IMG/VR virus record: IMGVR_UViG_3300030117_007612
Coordinates: 32,001-96,000 of that record
DNA: 64,000 nucleotides
Source of the DNA: a virus
Taxonomy: Duplodnaviria; Caudoviricetes
Reading direction: 5' to 3' (one strand)
This document shows, piece by piece, positions 1-9,070 of this stretch. The position numbers were made by a program, and so were the translations under genes. The notes beneath the pieces are model-generated. The model made no database searches and was not told where the DNA came from. It was given only the letters and a program-made list of their open reading frames with translations. Within the stretch, counting starts at the first letter, position 1; each line of letters opens with the position of its first letter.

Positions 1-56
1 AGAGCCCCACGTTGCCAACGTGGATGTCGCGGGTTCGAATCCCGTCTCCCGCTCCA
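1..56 (+). tRNA. tRNA-Gly(GCC), 5' end truncated by window edge
   Basis: Anticodon stem CCACG(7-11)/CGTGG(19-23) with loop TTGCCAA; T arm GCGGG-TTCGAAT-CCCGT (29-45); acceptor 3' strand CTCCCGC, discriminator T, encoded CCA (54-56), then a T run. Confidence 0.93.
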
Positions 57-96
57 TTTTTTTTGTTGAACTTCTATATACTATAGAGAGGTTTTA

Positions 97-699
97 ATGA
101 AAAATATATTTTTTCTACTTTTTCTTATAGGTTGCAGCAATCCAGCAGAATTAAAAGTAAGTGAGCTTGATACCTCCCAACAGGAGCAAGTAGATCCACC
201 AGAACCGCCAGTTTTTGGTGTAATTGCAAATGAGGATTGCTCCCATGTAAATGTGGGAGATAAAGCATGCAATTTAAGATTACTTGATCAAAACGGTGAA
301 ATTTGGGAATTATATGATTTGATTGGAAATGTGGTAGTCTTGGATTTTTCAACTTCGTGGTGCGGGCCATGCCAAACGGTAGGTCATTATTTACAGCCTT
401 TGCAAGACGATTATCAGTCAATGGATGTTAGTATTGTTACGATTTTAATCGATGGATATGTGCCGGGTACCCCACCTAGCGAATACGACATGAATGATTG
501 GGTTAGTTCCCACAATGTTACATCGGTCTCTGTTCTACAAGGCGCCCGCGACTTAGTCATGGATCCAACAGGTGTAGAAGGATATATAATATCTTCTTTT
601 CCTACATTCTTTTATATCGACAGGAATATGAAATTCTATTCTGGGCATTCGGGATACAACGATCAATATGTGAGAGAAAAAATTGATGAAGCTTTATAA
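97..699 (+). CDS. TlpA/redoxin-family thiol-disulfide oxidoreductase, predicted lipoprotein
   Basis: N-terminal MKNIFFLLFLIGC lipobox; VVVLDFSTSWCGPC thioredoxin motif; cis-Pro motif SSFPTFFYID. Confidence 0.85.
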   Translation: MKNIFFLLFLIGCSNPAELKVSELDTSQQEQVDPPEPPVFGVIANEDCSHVNVGDKACNLRLLDQNGEIWELYDLIGNVVVLDFSTSWCGPCQTVGHYLQPLQDDYQSMDVSIVTILIDGYVPGTPPSEYDMNDWVSSHNVTSVSVLQGARDLVMDPTGVEGYIISSFPTFFYIDRNMKFYSGHSGYNDQYVREKIDEAL

Positions 700-708
700 T
701 TGATTTTA

Positions 709-738
709 TTGTGATATAGTGTTAATATTATCTATAAT
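709..738 (+). promoter_or_regulatory. Possible sigma70-type promoter upstream of phoH
   Basis: TTGTGA(709-714)-N18-TATAAT(733-738) in an AT-rich intergenic region. Confidence 0.35.
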
Positions 739-764
739 TGAGGCTTAAACAAATAATTATATAA

Positions 765-771
765 CTAATTA
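765..771 (+). promoter_or_regulatory. CTAATTA motif (candidate phage late-promoter element)
   Basis: CTAATTA 20 nt before the ATG at 792, with ATAATTA at 753-759; the same core recurs before structural genes. Confidence 0.35.
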
Positions 772-791
772 TAACAACCAACTAATGTTTT

Positions 792-2129
792 ATGAGAAAG
801 AAAAATTACGTAATTGACACCAGTGTTTATTTAACAGATTCTGAGTCAATAAAAAGTTTTGGAAACAATGACATCATCATCCCCCTGAAGGTCTTGGAAG
901 AGATTGATTGTCACAAGAAAAGGCAAGATAATGTTGGCGCGAATGCGCGTCGAATTATAAGGTTTTTGGATAATTTGTGTCAAAAGGGAGACCTTAGCAA
1001 GGGTGTAAGAATTGAAAAAGGAAAGGGAATCGTATCTGTAAAATCCCTAAACGATGTAGAGTTAAAGTTAAATTCTCTGACACCCAACCTTAACCAAGAT
1101 GTACCAGACCATATTATTGTCGCGACGGCACTTACTGTAAAAAGTGAACAGCCAAATCGAAAAACTGTTATGGTGACAAATGATATTAATATGAGAGTTA
1201 TATGCAACTCTTTAGGATTAGAGTGTGAAGAATATAACCCCGCACAAGTTGTTGAAAACATAGAAAGATTATACACAGGATTTTCGTCCATCTTAGTTGA
1301 CGAACAGACAGTTGATCAACTTTATTCGGGTGAAGAATTAATTTTAGATCAGGAATTAAAGAATGTGTGCCCAAATGAATATTTAATGCTGATTTCAAAC
1401 ACAAATGAAAAAAAGACAGCTCTTGCTCGATATTTGGGGCCTGAAACAGCCTTGAGAAGAATTTCAAAGTTCAAAAAAGGAATATGGGGAGTTACGTCTA
1501 GAAACAAAGAGCAATTATTTGCCCTAGATTTGCTTATGGACCCCACTGTGCCAATAGTCACTCTGGTGGGTAAGGCTGGCTCCGGCAAGACGCTCTGCGC
1601 CATAGCAGCCGGCCTTGAGCAGGTAATGAGTAGTGCCGGCGATTCTAAAGCATATAAAAGAATGATTGTGTCCCGACCGGTCCAACCTTTAGGAAAGGAC
1701 ATAGGATTTCTTCCGGGCACTCTCGAAGACAAGATGACCCCATGGTTGACTCCAATTCAAGACAATTTGAAATTTTTAATGGGCGACGATCGTGCAACAT
1801 TAGATATGTATATGCAAAAAGGCATGATAGAAATTGAAGCACTAACATATATTCGAGGAAGATCTATATCAAACGCATTTATTATTATAGATGAGGCTCA
1901 GAATCTATCTAGTCACGAATTAAAAACAATTATTACGCGCGTCGGAGAAGGAACAAAAATTGTCTTAACCGGCGACATCGAACAGATTGATAGTCCATTC
2001 GTTGATGAAACTACGAATGGCTTGACATATGCAATTGAAAAATTTAAAAATCATACGTTAGCTGGTCACGTAACCTTACATAAGGGAGAGCGCTCCAAGG
2101 TTGCATCACTGGCGGCGAGAATACTATAA
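792..2129 (+). CDS. phoH: PhoH-family ATPase with N-terminal PIN domain (PhoH2/YlaK type)
   Basis: PIN start YVIDTSVY, VLEEID, D-x-x-I and VTNDINMR; Walker A GKAGSGKT; GFLPGTLEDKM, RGRSI, IIIDEAQN, TRVGEGTKIVLTGD PhoH motifs. Confidence 0.92.
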   Translation: MRKKNYVIDTSVYLTDSESIKSFGNNDIIIPLKVLEEIDCHKKRQDNVGANARRIIRFLDNLCQKGDLSKGVRIEKGKGIVSVKSLNDVELKLNSLTPNLNQDVPDHIIVATALTVKSEQPNRKTVMVTNDINMRVICNSLGLECEEYNPAQVVENIERLYTGFSSILVDEQTVDQLYSGEELILDQELKNVCPNEYLMLISNTNEKKTALARYLGPETALRRISKFKKGIWGVTSRNKEQLFALDLLMDPTVPIVTLVGKAGSGKTLCAIAAGLEQVMSSAGDSKAYKRMIVSRPVQPLGKDIGFLPGTLEDKMTPWLTPIQDNLKFLMGDDRATLDMYMQKGMIEIEALTYIRGRSISNAFIIIDEAQNLSSHELKTIITRVGEGTKIVLTGDIEQIDSPFVDETTNGLTYAIEKFKNHTLAGHVTLHKGERSKVASLAARIL

Positions 2130-2141
2130 AAAGAGGTTAAT

Positions 2142-2435
2142 ATGGAAAATGATATCACCGAGGAAGAAACTCCTCAAGTTAAAAAAGTGGTCTTTAAAGA
2201 CACAGAATTGAAAAAGCTCATTGTTGATTTTGTCGGAAATTCTCACGATAATGAAAACGTAACAGTTGAGATGATAGTTGAGACAATGGCAAAAGAATTC
2301 CCAGAATTTCTCCTAGCCATTGCTGAGGAAAACTGGATTAGAGGATACCAACAAGCCCTGATTGACGCTGAACAAGACGAACACTTTTTTACAAACGCAG
2401 AAAGCTCACTTGAAAATGAAGAACTACATAGTTGA
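2142..2435 (+). CDS. Hypothetical protein
   Basis: 97 aa ORF with RBS-like AGAGG, in register with neighbours; no motif recognised. Confidence 0.7.
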   Translation: MENDITEEETPQVKKVVFKDTELKKLIVDFVGNSHDNENVTVEMIVETMAKEFPEFLLAIAEENWIRGYQQALIDAEQDEHFFTNAESSLENEELHS

Positions 2436-3120
2436 AAATCAGAAAAAACTAAACTCCGAACAAAAAGAATTCTATAGCATCAACAACACTCACGTTTATA
2501 TAAAAAACAAAATTGTATCACCAAATGGTACAAAAATAAATATTAAAAATGTTGTAGCAAAAATCGAAGAAATTATACCAGCACACTTATTGATGTATGT
2601 TGAATTTATACTTGTTGGCTGGTTTGAAGAATTTGAAAAAAGGGACATAAATTCTTTCTATCAGGATGGAACACTGTATATAAGCAATTTTCAAGATAAT
2701 GAAGACGACATGATCGATGATATTGTACATGAAATAGCACACTCCTTAGAAACTCCTCTTGGTAGGGAAATTTATGGAGATGGTAAAATTGAACAAGAAT
2801 TTATTGGAAAAAGAACAACTTTATATAGAATAATAGAAGAAGAAGGTTATGACGTAAATATTGTTGATTTTTTAAATACTGAGTACAATGAGGAGCTGGA
2901 TAATTTCTTACACAAAACTGTTGGCTACGAAAGATTATCCAACTACATTGCTGGGCTGATGATAAGCCCTTATTCTGCCACATCCATAAGAGAGTACTTC
3001 GCTGAAGTATTCCAAGAATTTTACCTAAGACCAGAACTAGACTTCACTCAGAGGATATCCCCGGCCGCACATGAAAAAATAACTGAACTTCATGTTGGCT
3101 TTTTTCTTGACGAACAATGA
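2416..3120 (+). CDS. Putative zinc metallopeptidase-like protein (HEXXH)
   Basis: IVHEIAHSLE plus a downstream ATSIREYFAE third-ligand motif; start moved to the ATG at 2416 (track start 2362 overlaps the upstream gene deeply). Confidence 0.6.
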   Translation: MKNYIVENQKKLNSEQKEFYSINNTHVYIKNKIVSPNGTKINIKNVVAKIEEIIPAHLLMYVEFILVGWFEEFEKRDINSFYQDGTLYISNFQDNEDDMIDDIVHEIAHSLETPLGREIYGDGKIEQEFIGKRTTLYRIIEEEGYDVNIVDFLNTEYNEELDNFLHKTVGYERLSNYIAGLMISPYSATSIREYFAEVFQEFYLRPELDFTQRISPAAHEKITELHVGFFLDEQ

Positions 3121-3135
3121 TTTTGTTGTTATAAT
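3107..3135 (+). promoter_or_regulatory. sigma70 consensus promoter for the Cas4-like gene and glycan operon 1
   Basis: TTGACG(3107-3112)-N17-TATAAT(3130-3135), 6 nt before the ATG at 3142. Confidence 0.75.
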
Positions 3136-3141
3136 ATAGCT

Positions 3142-3915
3142 ATGACACAAAAATCACATATTTCCTTTTCCGAATTAAAAGAATGGACACAATGCCCGTT
3201 CTACCACAAATTAGTAAGAGTTGACCGTCTCAGCGGATTCAAGGGCAATGAATACACAGCGTTTGGCTCGGCAATTCATTCGGTGTGTGAGAAGAAATTG
3301 CTCTCTGAAGAGGTTGATAATAATTTTTTTATTAAAGAGTTTCAAAAGAATATAGCCGAACTTGATGATGATGTAGAAATCAACAAAAAGATGGTTGTTG
3401 ACATGATGGGGCAAGGAAAGCGCATAATTCCTGAAATTGATGATGCGTTGAAAGATTATTTTGAGTCCTATGAGGTCGTATCCGTAGAAGAATCATTAAT
3501 GGAGCCATTCGATGAAGATTATAATTTTAAAGGATTCATTGATGCTGTTTTGAAAACCCCTGATGGAAAGTATCACATTGTTGATTGGAAGACGTGCTCT
3601 TGGGGTTGGGATGCTCGCCGGCGCTCTGAGCCAATGGTCACTTATCAATTAACCTTTTATAAACATTTTTATGCGAAGAAGCACGGTATTGATCCAAAAA
3701 ATATCGAAACGCACTTCGCACTACTTAAAAGAACTGCAAAATCGGATCGTGTAGAATTTTTTAGGGTCACCTCTGGTCCTCGAAAAACAGAAAATGCAAT
3801 CAAATTATTGCACAAAGCACTATACAATATTAAAAATAAACGATATATTAAGAACCGATTATCTTGCACATCCGGATATGGGTGCAAATTTTATAAGACA
3901 GAACACTGTCCTTGA
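3142..3915 (+). CDS. Cas4-like/RecB-family PD-(D/E)XK exonuclease with probable Fe-S staple
   Basis: HISFSEL...QCP at the N-terminus; FKGFIDAV...IVDWKT catalytic motifs; QLxxY; three C-terminal cysteines (CTSGYGCKFYKTEHC). Confidence 0.8.
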   Translation: MTQKSHISFSELKEWTQCPFYHKLVRVDRLSGFKGNEYTAFGSAIHSVCEKKLLSEEVDNNFFIKEFQKNIAELDDDVEINKKMVVDMMGQGKRIIPEIDDALKDYFESYEVVSVEESLMEPFDEDYNFKGFIDAVLKTPDGKYHIVDWKTCSWGWDARRRSEPMVTYQLTFYKHFYAKKHGIDPKNIETHFALLKRTAKSDRVEFFRVTSGPRKTENAIKLLHKALYNIKNKRYIKNRLSCTSGYGCKFYKTEHCP

Positions 3916-3924
3916 GGAACATAT

Positions 3925-5214
3925 ATGGAAAATAAAAAACTTAAGATTCTAACAATTTCTGATCATCCGCTATCTCCATCTGGCGTAGGGACACAGACAA
4001 AATATTTTATTGAATCTTTAATTAAAACTGGAAATTATAGATTTATCTGCCTAGGCGGCGCTATTAAACATCATGACTATACCCCTGTTAAAGTGGCGCC
4101 ATACAATGAAGATTGGCTTATTTACCCTGTTGATGGATATGGTGATCACGAAAAAATTCGTTCTATTATTAGAAATGAAAAACCAGACGTATTGTGGTTT
4201 ATGACTGACCCAAGATTTTTTACGTGGCTGTGGGAAATTGAAGATGAAATTAGAGCCTTGATGCCAATGGTATACTATCACGTGTGGGATAATTACCCTG
4301 CTCCACATTTTAACAGGCAGTTTTACGAATCAAACGATGTTATCGTGACAATCTCCAAAGTAACAGATGATATTGTTTCAAAAGTTGCTCCGGATGTTGA
4401 TCGCGTATACATACCTCACGCGGTTGATCCTTCAATCTTTAGACCAACCGATGGTACTGACGAGCTTTTTAAGAACAGCATAACCGTAAGAGAAAGAGTA
4501 TTTAATGCCAGCTATGAAGAAACCAAAGATAAATTGCTTTTCTTCTGGAACAATAGAAACGCTAGACGAAAACAAAGTGGATCACTAATTTGGTGGTTTA
4601 AGAAATATCTAGACGTTGTTGGTCATGACAAAGCATCACTCTTGATGCACACAGACCCCAAAGATCCAAATGGGCAAGACTTGACGCATATAATGGAGCA
4701 TCTTGGGTTAAATAAGGGTCAAGTGATGATTTCCAACAACAAAATCTCGCCCCATGACCTAGCAGCTATGTATAATGCTGCAGATTGTACGCTTAACATT
4801 TCCGACGCTGAAGGATTTGGGTTGGCAACGCTTGAGTCTCTGTCATGTGAAACACCGATTATCGTGTGCATGACGGGCGGATTGCAAGAGCAGGTTACTG
4901 ATGGTGAAAATTGGTTTGGTTTTGGTATTGAACCAACATCAAAAGCAGTTATCGGCTCGCAACAAGTACCTTATATTTGCGAAGACAGAATATCAGAGCA
5001 AGACTTTGTCGACACGCTTGTTAAACTTACAAATCTGACAAGCGAGCAGCGAAAAGAATTAGGCCAAGCCGGCCGTCAGCATGTAATGAAAAATTATAGC
5101 TTTGAGGAATTTGAAAAAAGTTGGGTAAACACCATGAGTTCAATTGTTGAAAAGTATGGCTCATGGGAAGATAGACAAAATTATGAACGTTGGAGGCTTC
5201 TGGAGGTAGCATGA
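3925..5214 (+). CDS. Glycosyltransferase, GT-B fold (GT4-like)
   Basis: IPHAVD, NRNARRKQ, YNAADCTLNISDAEGFGLATLESLSCETPII motifs. Confidence 0.85.
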   Translation: MENKKLKILTISDHPLSPSGVGTQTKYFIESLIKTGNYRFICLGGAIKHHDYTPVKVAPYNEDWLIYPVDGYGDHEKIRSIIRNEKPDVLWFMTDPRFFTWLWEIEDEIRALMPMVYYHVWDNYPAPHFNRQFYESNDVIVTISKVTDDIVSKVAPDVDRVYIPHAVDPSIFRPTDGTDELFKNSITVRERVFNASYEETKDKLLFFWNNRNARRKQSGSLIWWFKKYLDVVGHDKASLLMHTDPKDPNGQDLTHIMEHLGLNKGQVMISNNKISPHDLAAMYNAADCTLNISDAEGFGLATLESLSCETPIIVCMTGGLQEQVTDGENWFGFGIEPTSKAVIGSQQVPYICEDRISEQDFVDTLVKLTNLTSEQRKELGQAGRQHVMKNYSFEEFEKSWVNTMSSIVEKYGSWEDRQNYERWRLLEVA

Positions 5215-6476
5215 AAAAGAAGATATTAGTTAAGGCGCCCGTTTTAACACGAAGTGGATATGGCGAGCATTCTAGATTTATATTACAAGCACTTCGCTCG
5301 CGTGAAGATTTGTTTGATATATATGTTGTTCCCTTGAACTGGGGCCAAACAAGCTGGATTATTGAATCTGATGAAGATCGAGAATGGGTTGATAAAGCAA
5401 TTCTGGAGACCACCAAATACCTGCATGAATTCAACAACGATCATGGCAATCAAGGAAAAAAGCCATTCGATATATCCCTTCAGGTAACAATTCCAAACGA
5501 ATGGGAAGACTTAGCCACAAAAAATATTGGTGTTACTGCTGGAATTGAGACCACCAAAGTTGCGCCGGCTTGGATTGAAAAAGCAAAAATGATGGACAAG
5601 ATTATTGTTCCCTCGAAACACTCTAGAGATATTTACAACAACACAGCATACCAAGCGACCAATAATATCACTAAAGAAACTTTATTGTTTAAAAACGATA
5701 CCGAGATTTCAGTAGTGCCATACTCTTCTAGAAAATTTAAACCAGCTAAGATTAATCTAGACTTCGAAACAGATTTTAATTTTTTCACAGTATCACAGTG
5801 GTCTCCTAGAAAGAATATTGAAAACACTATTAAATGGTTTATTGAAGAATTTTATGACAACTCAAATGTTGGTCTTGTTGTTAAGACCAATCTGGCGAAA
5901 AATTGCTTGATGGACAGAGAGGTTTGTTTTGAGAGGATTAAATCCTTATTGTCAGAATATAAGGAACGTGAATGTAAGGTTTATTTATTACATGGTCACA
6001 TGTCTGACGAAGAATTGGCGGCTGTTTATAAACACCCGAAAGTTAAATCCTATTACACCTTAACTCATGGAGAGGGATTTGGTTTACCAATCTTTGAAGC
6101 TGCGTGTCAAGGCTTACCGGTAATAGCACCATCTTGGAGCGGGCACTGTGATTTCTTATTTGCACCATCATCGAGAGGCAAGAATAGCAGAGCAAAATCA
6201 CACTTCTTGAAAGTCGAGTATGATCTTGAGGTCATTCCCGAACATGTGGCGTGGGATGGTGTCATAGAGAAGGATTCAATGTGGTGCGTTCCGCGCCAAG
6301 GTAGTGCGAAGATGGCACTGAGAAACATGTACAAGAATCACGAAAAGCACAAAACTGCAGCAAAGAAACTGCAAAAGTGGGCATTGAAGGAATTTTCTCC
6401 TGAAAAGCTCTATAAAGAAGTTATAAACATTTTGGAGGTTGAGGACAATGACGACGACCTTGTTGTTGTCCAGTAA
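5211..6476 (+). CDS. Glycosyltransferase, GT-B fold (GT4-like)
   Basis: TRSGYG, PRKNIE, THGEGFGLPIFEAACQGLPVIAP; start at ATG 5211 after GGAGG (ATGA overlap). Confidence 0.85.
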   Translation: MKKKILVKAPVLTRSGYGEHSRFILQALRSREDLFDIYVVPLNWGQTSWIIESDEDREWVDKAILETTKYLHEFNNDHGNQGKKPFDISLQVTIPNEWEDLATKNIGVTAGIETTKVAPAWIEKAKMMDKIIVPSKHSRDIYNNTAYQATNNITKETLLFKNDTEISVVPYSSRKFKPAKINLDFETDFNFFTVSQWSPRKNIENTIKWFIEEFYDNSNVGLVVKTNLAKNCLMDREVCFERIKSLLSEYKERECKVYLLHGHMSDEELAAVYKHPKVKSYYTLTHGEGFGLPIFEAACQGLPVIAPSWSGHCDFLFAPSSRGKNSRAKSHFLKVEYDLEVIPEHVAWDGVIEKDSMWCVPRQGSAKMALRNMYKNHEKHKTAAKKLQKWALKEFSPEKLYKEVINILEVEDNDDDLVVVQ

Positions 6477-6481
6477 TTATT

Positions 6482-7522
6482 ATGCAAGAATATTTTACAT
6501 GCAACATGTTCTCCGAGCAGAACATAGATTTTAACGGCAAATTCAAAGTAGTTCAAAAAGAACTAACGCCAGTTAATGAAAGCGAGTTAGGACCCCGCGA
6601 TATCACATATGATTGTGTGTGGGCCGGCTCAAAACAAATTGATAACACGAAGCCTTTTGTTGTTGTACCAATTAGGGATAATTCGAAATTGTTAAAATTT
6701 ACATTAAACAATTTTAAGAAAGCAAACTTTTTCAATTATGTTAATGTGATTATAGTCGATGATAGATCAGAAGAAGATCTGCATTCAATTTGTAAAGAAT
6801 ACAACACCAGCTATCTCAAGATGGATAACGATAAGGGATTTAGCTTTTCAATGCTCAACAATGTTGCTGCATACATCGCAAAGCGTTTGGGTGGCGAAAA
6901 GGTTATTTTTTGGAACAGCGATTTGTGGATTGACAAGATTTCTTATTTTAAGAAGCTTATCTCAAAACACGATTCATCCGGAGCTACAATATCAGGCTCC
7001 AAACTCCTATATCCACACAAGAGTTTACATGACGACGAACATAGTGTAAACATTAAGACACACTTTCCAAACAAGACAGACGGAAGCTATAAGGGCACTG
7101 TACAGTTTGGAAACTGTCGCTGGCTGCCAATGCAGATGCAAGCACAAGATGGAGCTTACAACGCATTTATTCCGATTCACTACAAACGATTTGCAGATAA
7201 AAGTGATCCATGTGTAAATTGTGACACCGGAACAGAATTTGTGACTGGAGCCTTGCAGGTGGTTGATTTGAATTGGTTTATTGAGAATGGCGGATACAAC
7301 CCCTCGTTGCCAAAGGTTTTTCAAGATGTTGACTTATGCTTGCGCGCAGTTACTCAAGGTAAAAAGGTAATGTATTTTGGCAAAGATATTCATTTCTTTC
7401 ACGATGAGTCATATAATCATTTCTCAAATAAAAATCAAGAAAAAATCGACACCCAGTTTCACGCCGACAGTACTTTGTTTGGTAGAATCTGGCGCGGCCG
7501 CATCGAAGCCTTAATTTTATAG
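6482..7522 (+). CDS. Glycosyltransferase family 2-like (GT-A)
   Basis: VVVPIRD, VIIVDDRS, FSFSMLNN, FWNSD, GGYNPSLPKVFQDVDLCLR. Confidence 0.8.
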   Translation: MQEYFTCNMFSEQNIDFNGKFKVVQKELTPVNESELGPRDITYDCVWAGSKQIDNTKPFVVVPIRDNSKLLKFTLNNFKKANFFNYVNVIIVDDRSEEDLHSICKEYNTSYLKMDNDKGFSFSMLNNVAAYIAKRLGGEKVIFWNSDLWIDKISYFKKLISKHDSSGATISGSKLLYPHKSLHDDEHSVNIKTHFPNKTDGSYKGTVQFGNCRWLPMQMQAQDGAYNAFIPIHYKRFADKSDPCVNCDTGTEFVTGALQVVDLNWFIENGGYNPSLPKVFQDVDLCLRAVTQGKKVMYFGKDIHFFHDESYNHFSNKNQEKIDTQFHADSTLFGRIWRGRIEALIL

Positions 7523-7530
7523 GTTACAGA

Positions 7531-8115
7531 ATGCAGAAATTTACTATTGAAGACACCAAGTTTGACGATGTCATTATAATTACTCCGCGAATTTTCACTG
7601 ATGAAAGAGGATATTTTTGTGAAACATACAATGTCGACAATCTAAAAGAGTTAGGGTTTGCTGTAGATATGGTCCAAGATAATCAATCCAAATCACAAAA
7701 AAATGTTATAAGAGGATTACATTATCAGTGGGACGAGCCCATGGGCAAATTAGTCAGAGTAATCAAAGGCTCAGTAAGAGATGTGATTGTTGATATTAGG
7801 AAATATTCCCCTACGTATGGTGAGTCTGCCTCGTTTCTACTAACAGAGGAAAACAACAAACAACTATGGGTGCCATCGGGCTTTGCCCACGGTATTTTAT
7901 CCCTTGAAGACAATACGATAGTTTCATATAAGTGTTCTAGTGTATATAATTCAAGCGGAGAATCAGGAATCAATCCTTTTGATGAATATTTGAATGTAGA
8001 TTGGGGTATTGATAAGGCAGAAGCAATTGTGTCCGAAAAGGATGCAGTTGCAAAATCATTTTTAGACTATGATCGAGATCCAAAATTCTTTAGCAAAAGA
8101 GAGGCCTCCAAATGA
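7531..8115 (+). CDS. rmlC: dTDP-4-dehydrorhamnose 3,5-epimerase
   Basis: PRIFTDERGYF, QDNQSKS, IRGLHYQ, GKLVRV, DVIVDIR, LWVPSGFAHG. Confidence 0.92.
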   Translation: MQKFTIEDTKFDDVIIITPRIFTDERGYFCETYNVDNLKELGFAVDMVQDNQSKSQKNVIRGLHYQWDEPMGKLVRVIKGSVRDVIVDIRKYSPTYGESASFLLTEENNKQLWVPSGFAHGILSLEDNTIVSYKCSSVYNSSGESGINPFDEYLNVDWGIDKAEAIVSEKDAVAKSFLDYDRDPKFFSKREASK

Positions 8116-9068
8116 AGAAGGTGTTACTGGCTGGAGGCGCCGGATTTATTGGATCGCTGCTGACCAAAGAGTTGATGAAAAGAAGATACGATGTCACTGT
8201 TGCTGATTTGTTTTGGTTTGGTGATTATCTTCCAAAAAATACAAAGGTTATAAAGAAAAACGTTATTGATCTCAATGAAGATGAATTAAAAAATTACGAC
8301 GTTGTGGTTTTTATGGGAGGCGTATCTAATGATCCCATGGCTGATTATAGCCCATCTGTTAACTTTATAGAAAACTGCGCAGTGCCATCATATCTTGCAT
8401 ATATGACAAAGCGCGCCGGCGTCAAAAGATTTATATACGCATCATCGTGTAGTGTTTATGGATACACAGCCAATAAATTAATGGATGAAACTGCGCCCGT
8501 ATCTCCAAAGTATCCTTATGGAATTTCTAAATTAGCTGTTGAGAATTCTATTATGAACATGGAGGATGAAAATTTTAGACCCATCTCCTTGCGCAAAGGA
8601 ACAGTTGGTGGCTTCTCTCCAAGGATGAGATATGATTTAGTTGTTAACGCAATGACAAAGACAGCATTGACAAAGGGCAAGATTGTAGTAAACAATCCTT
8701 CTTTGTGGCGGCCGATTATTGATATTAGAGATGTGGTGACTGCGTATATTCGTTCTATTGAGGCGAACCTAGACATCACAGGAATATATAACATCTCATA
8801 TGATAATTACACTATTGGCAGATTAGCCGATGAGATTAAAGATGAGTTATTTAATTTTGGATATGAAATCAACATTGAAACAAAAAATGTACAAGATGTC
8901 AGAAATTATAAAGTTTCAAATGAAAAAGCTAGAATAGAATTGGATTTTGTTGCGAAATATTCTCCAAAAGATTCTGTTCGTGAAATACTGACAAATATTG
9001 ATTTAGAAAATGTTGACTTTTCTGATCAGAAGTATTATAATATTCAAGTGTTCAAGGAGCTGTTTTAA
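8112..9068 (+). CDS. NAD-dependent epimerase/dehydratase (extended SDR)
   Basis: GGAGFIGS, YASSCSVYG, YGISK catalytic motif, RMRYDLVVN. Confidence 0.85.
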   Translation: MKKVLLAGGAGFIGSLLTKELMKRRYDVTVADLFWFGDYLPKNTKVIKKNVIDLNEDELKNYDVVVFMGGVSNDPMADYSPSVNFIENCAVPSYLAYMTKRAGVKRFIYASSCSVYGYTANKLMDETAPVSPKYPYGISKLAVENSIMNMEDENFRPISLRKGTVGGFSPRMRYDLVVNAMTKTALTKGKIVVNNPSLWRPIIDIRDVVTAYIRSIEANLDITGIYNISYDNYTIGRLADEIKDELFNFGYEINIETKNVQDVRNYKVSNEKARIELDFVAKYSPKDSVREILTNIDLENVDFSDQKYYNIQVFKELF

Positions 9069-9070
9069 TA

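Noticed and set aside
3142-3915. CRISPR-Cas locus suggested by the Cas4-like gene
   Set aside because: No repeat-spacer array and no cas1/cas2 or effector genes seen anywhere in the window.
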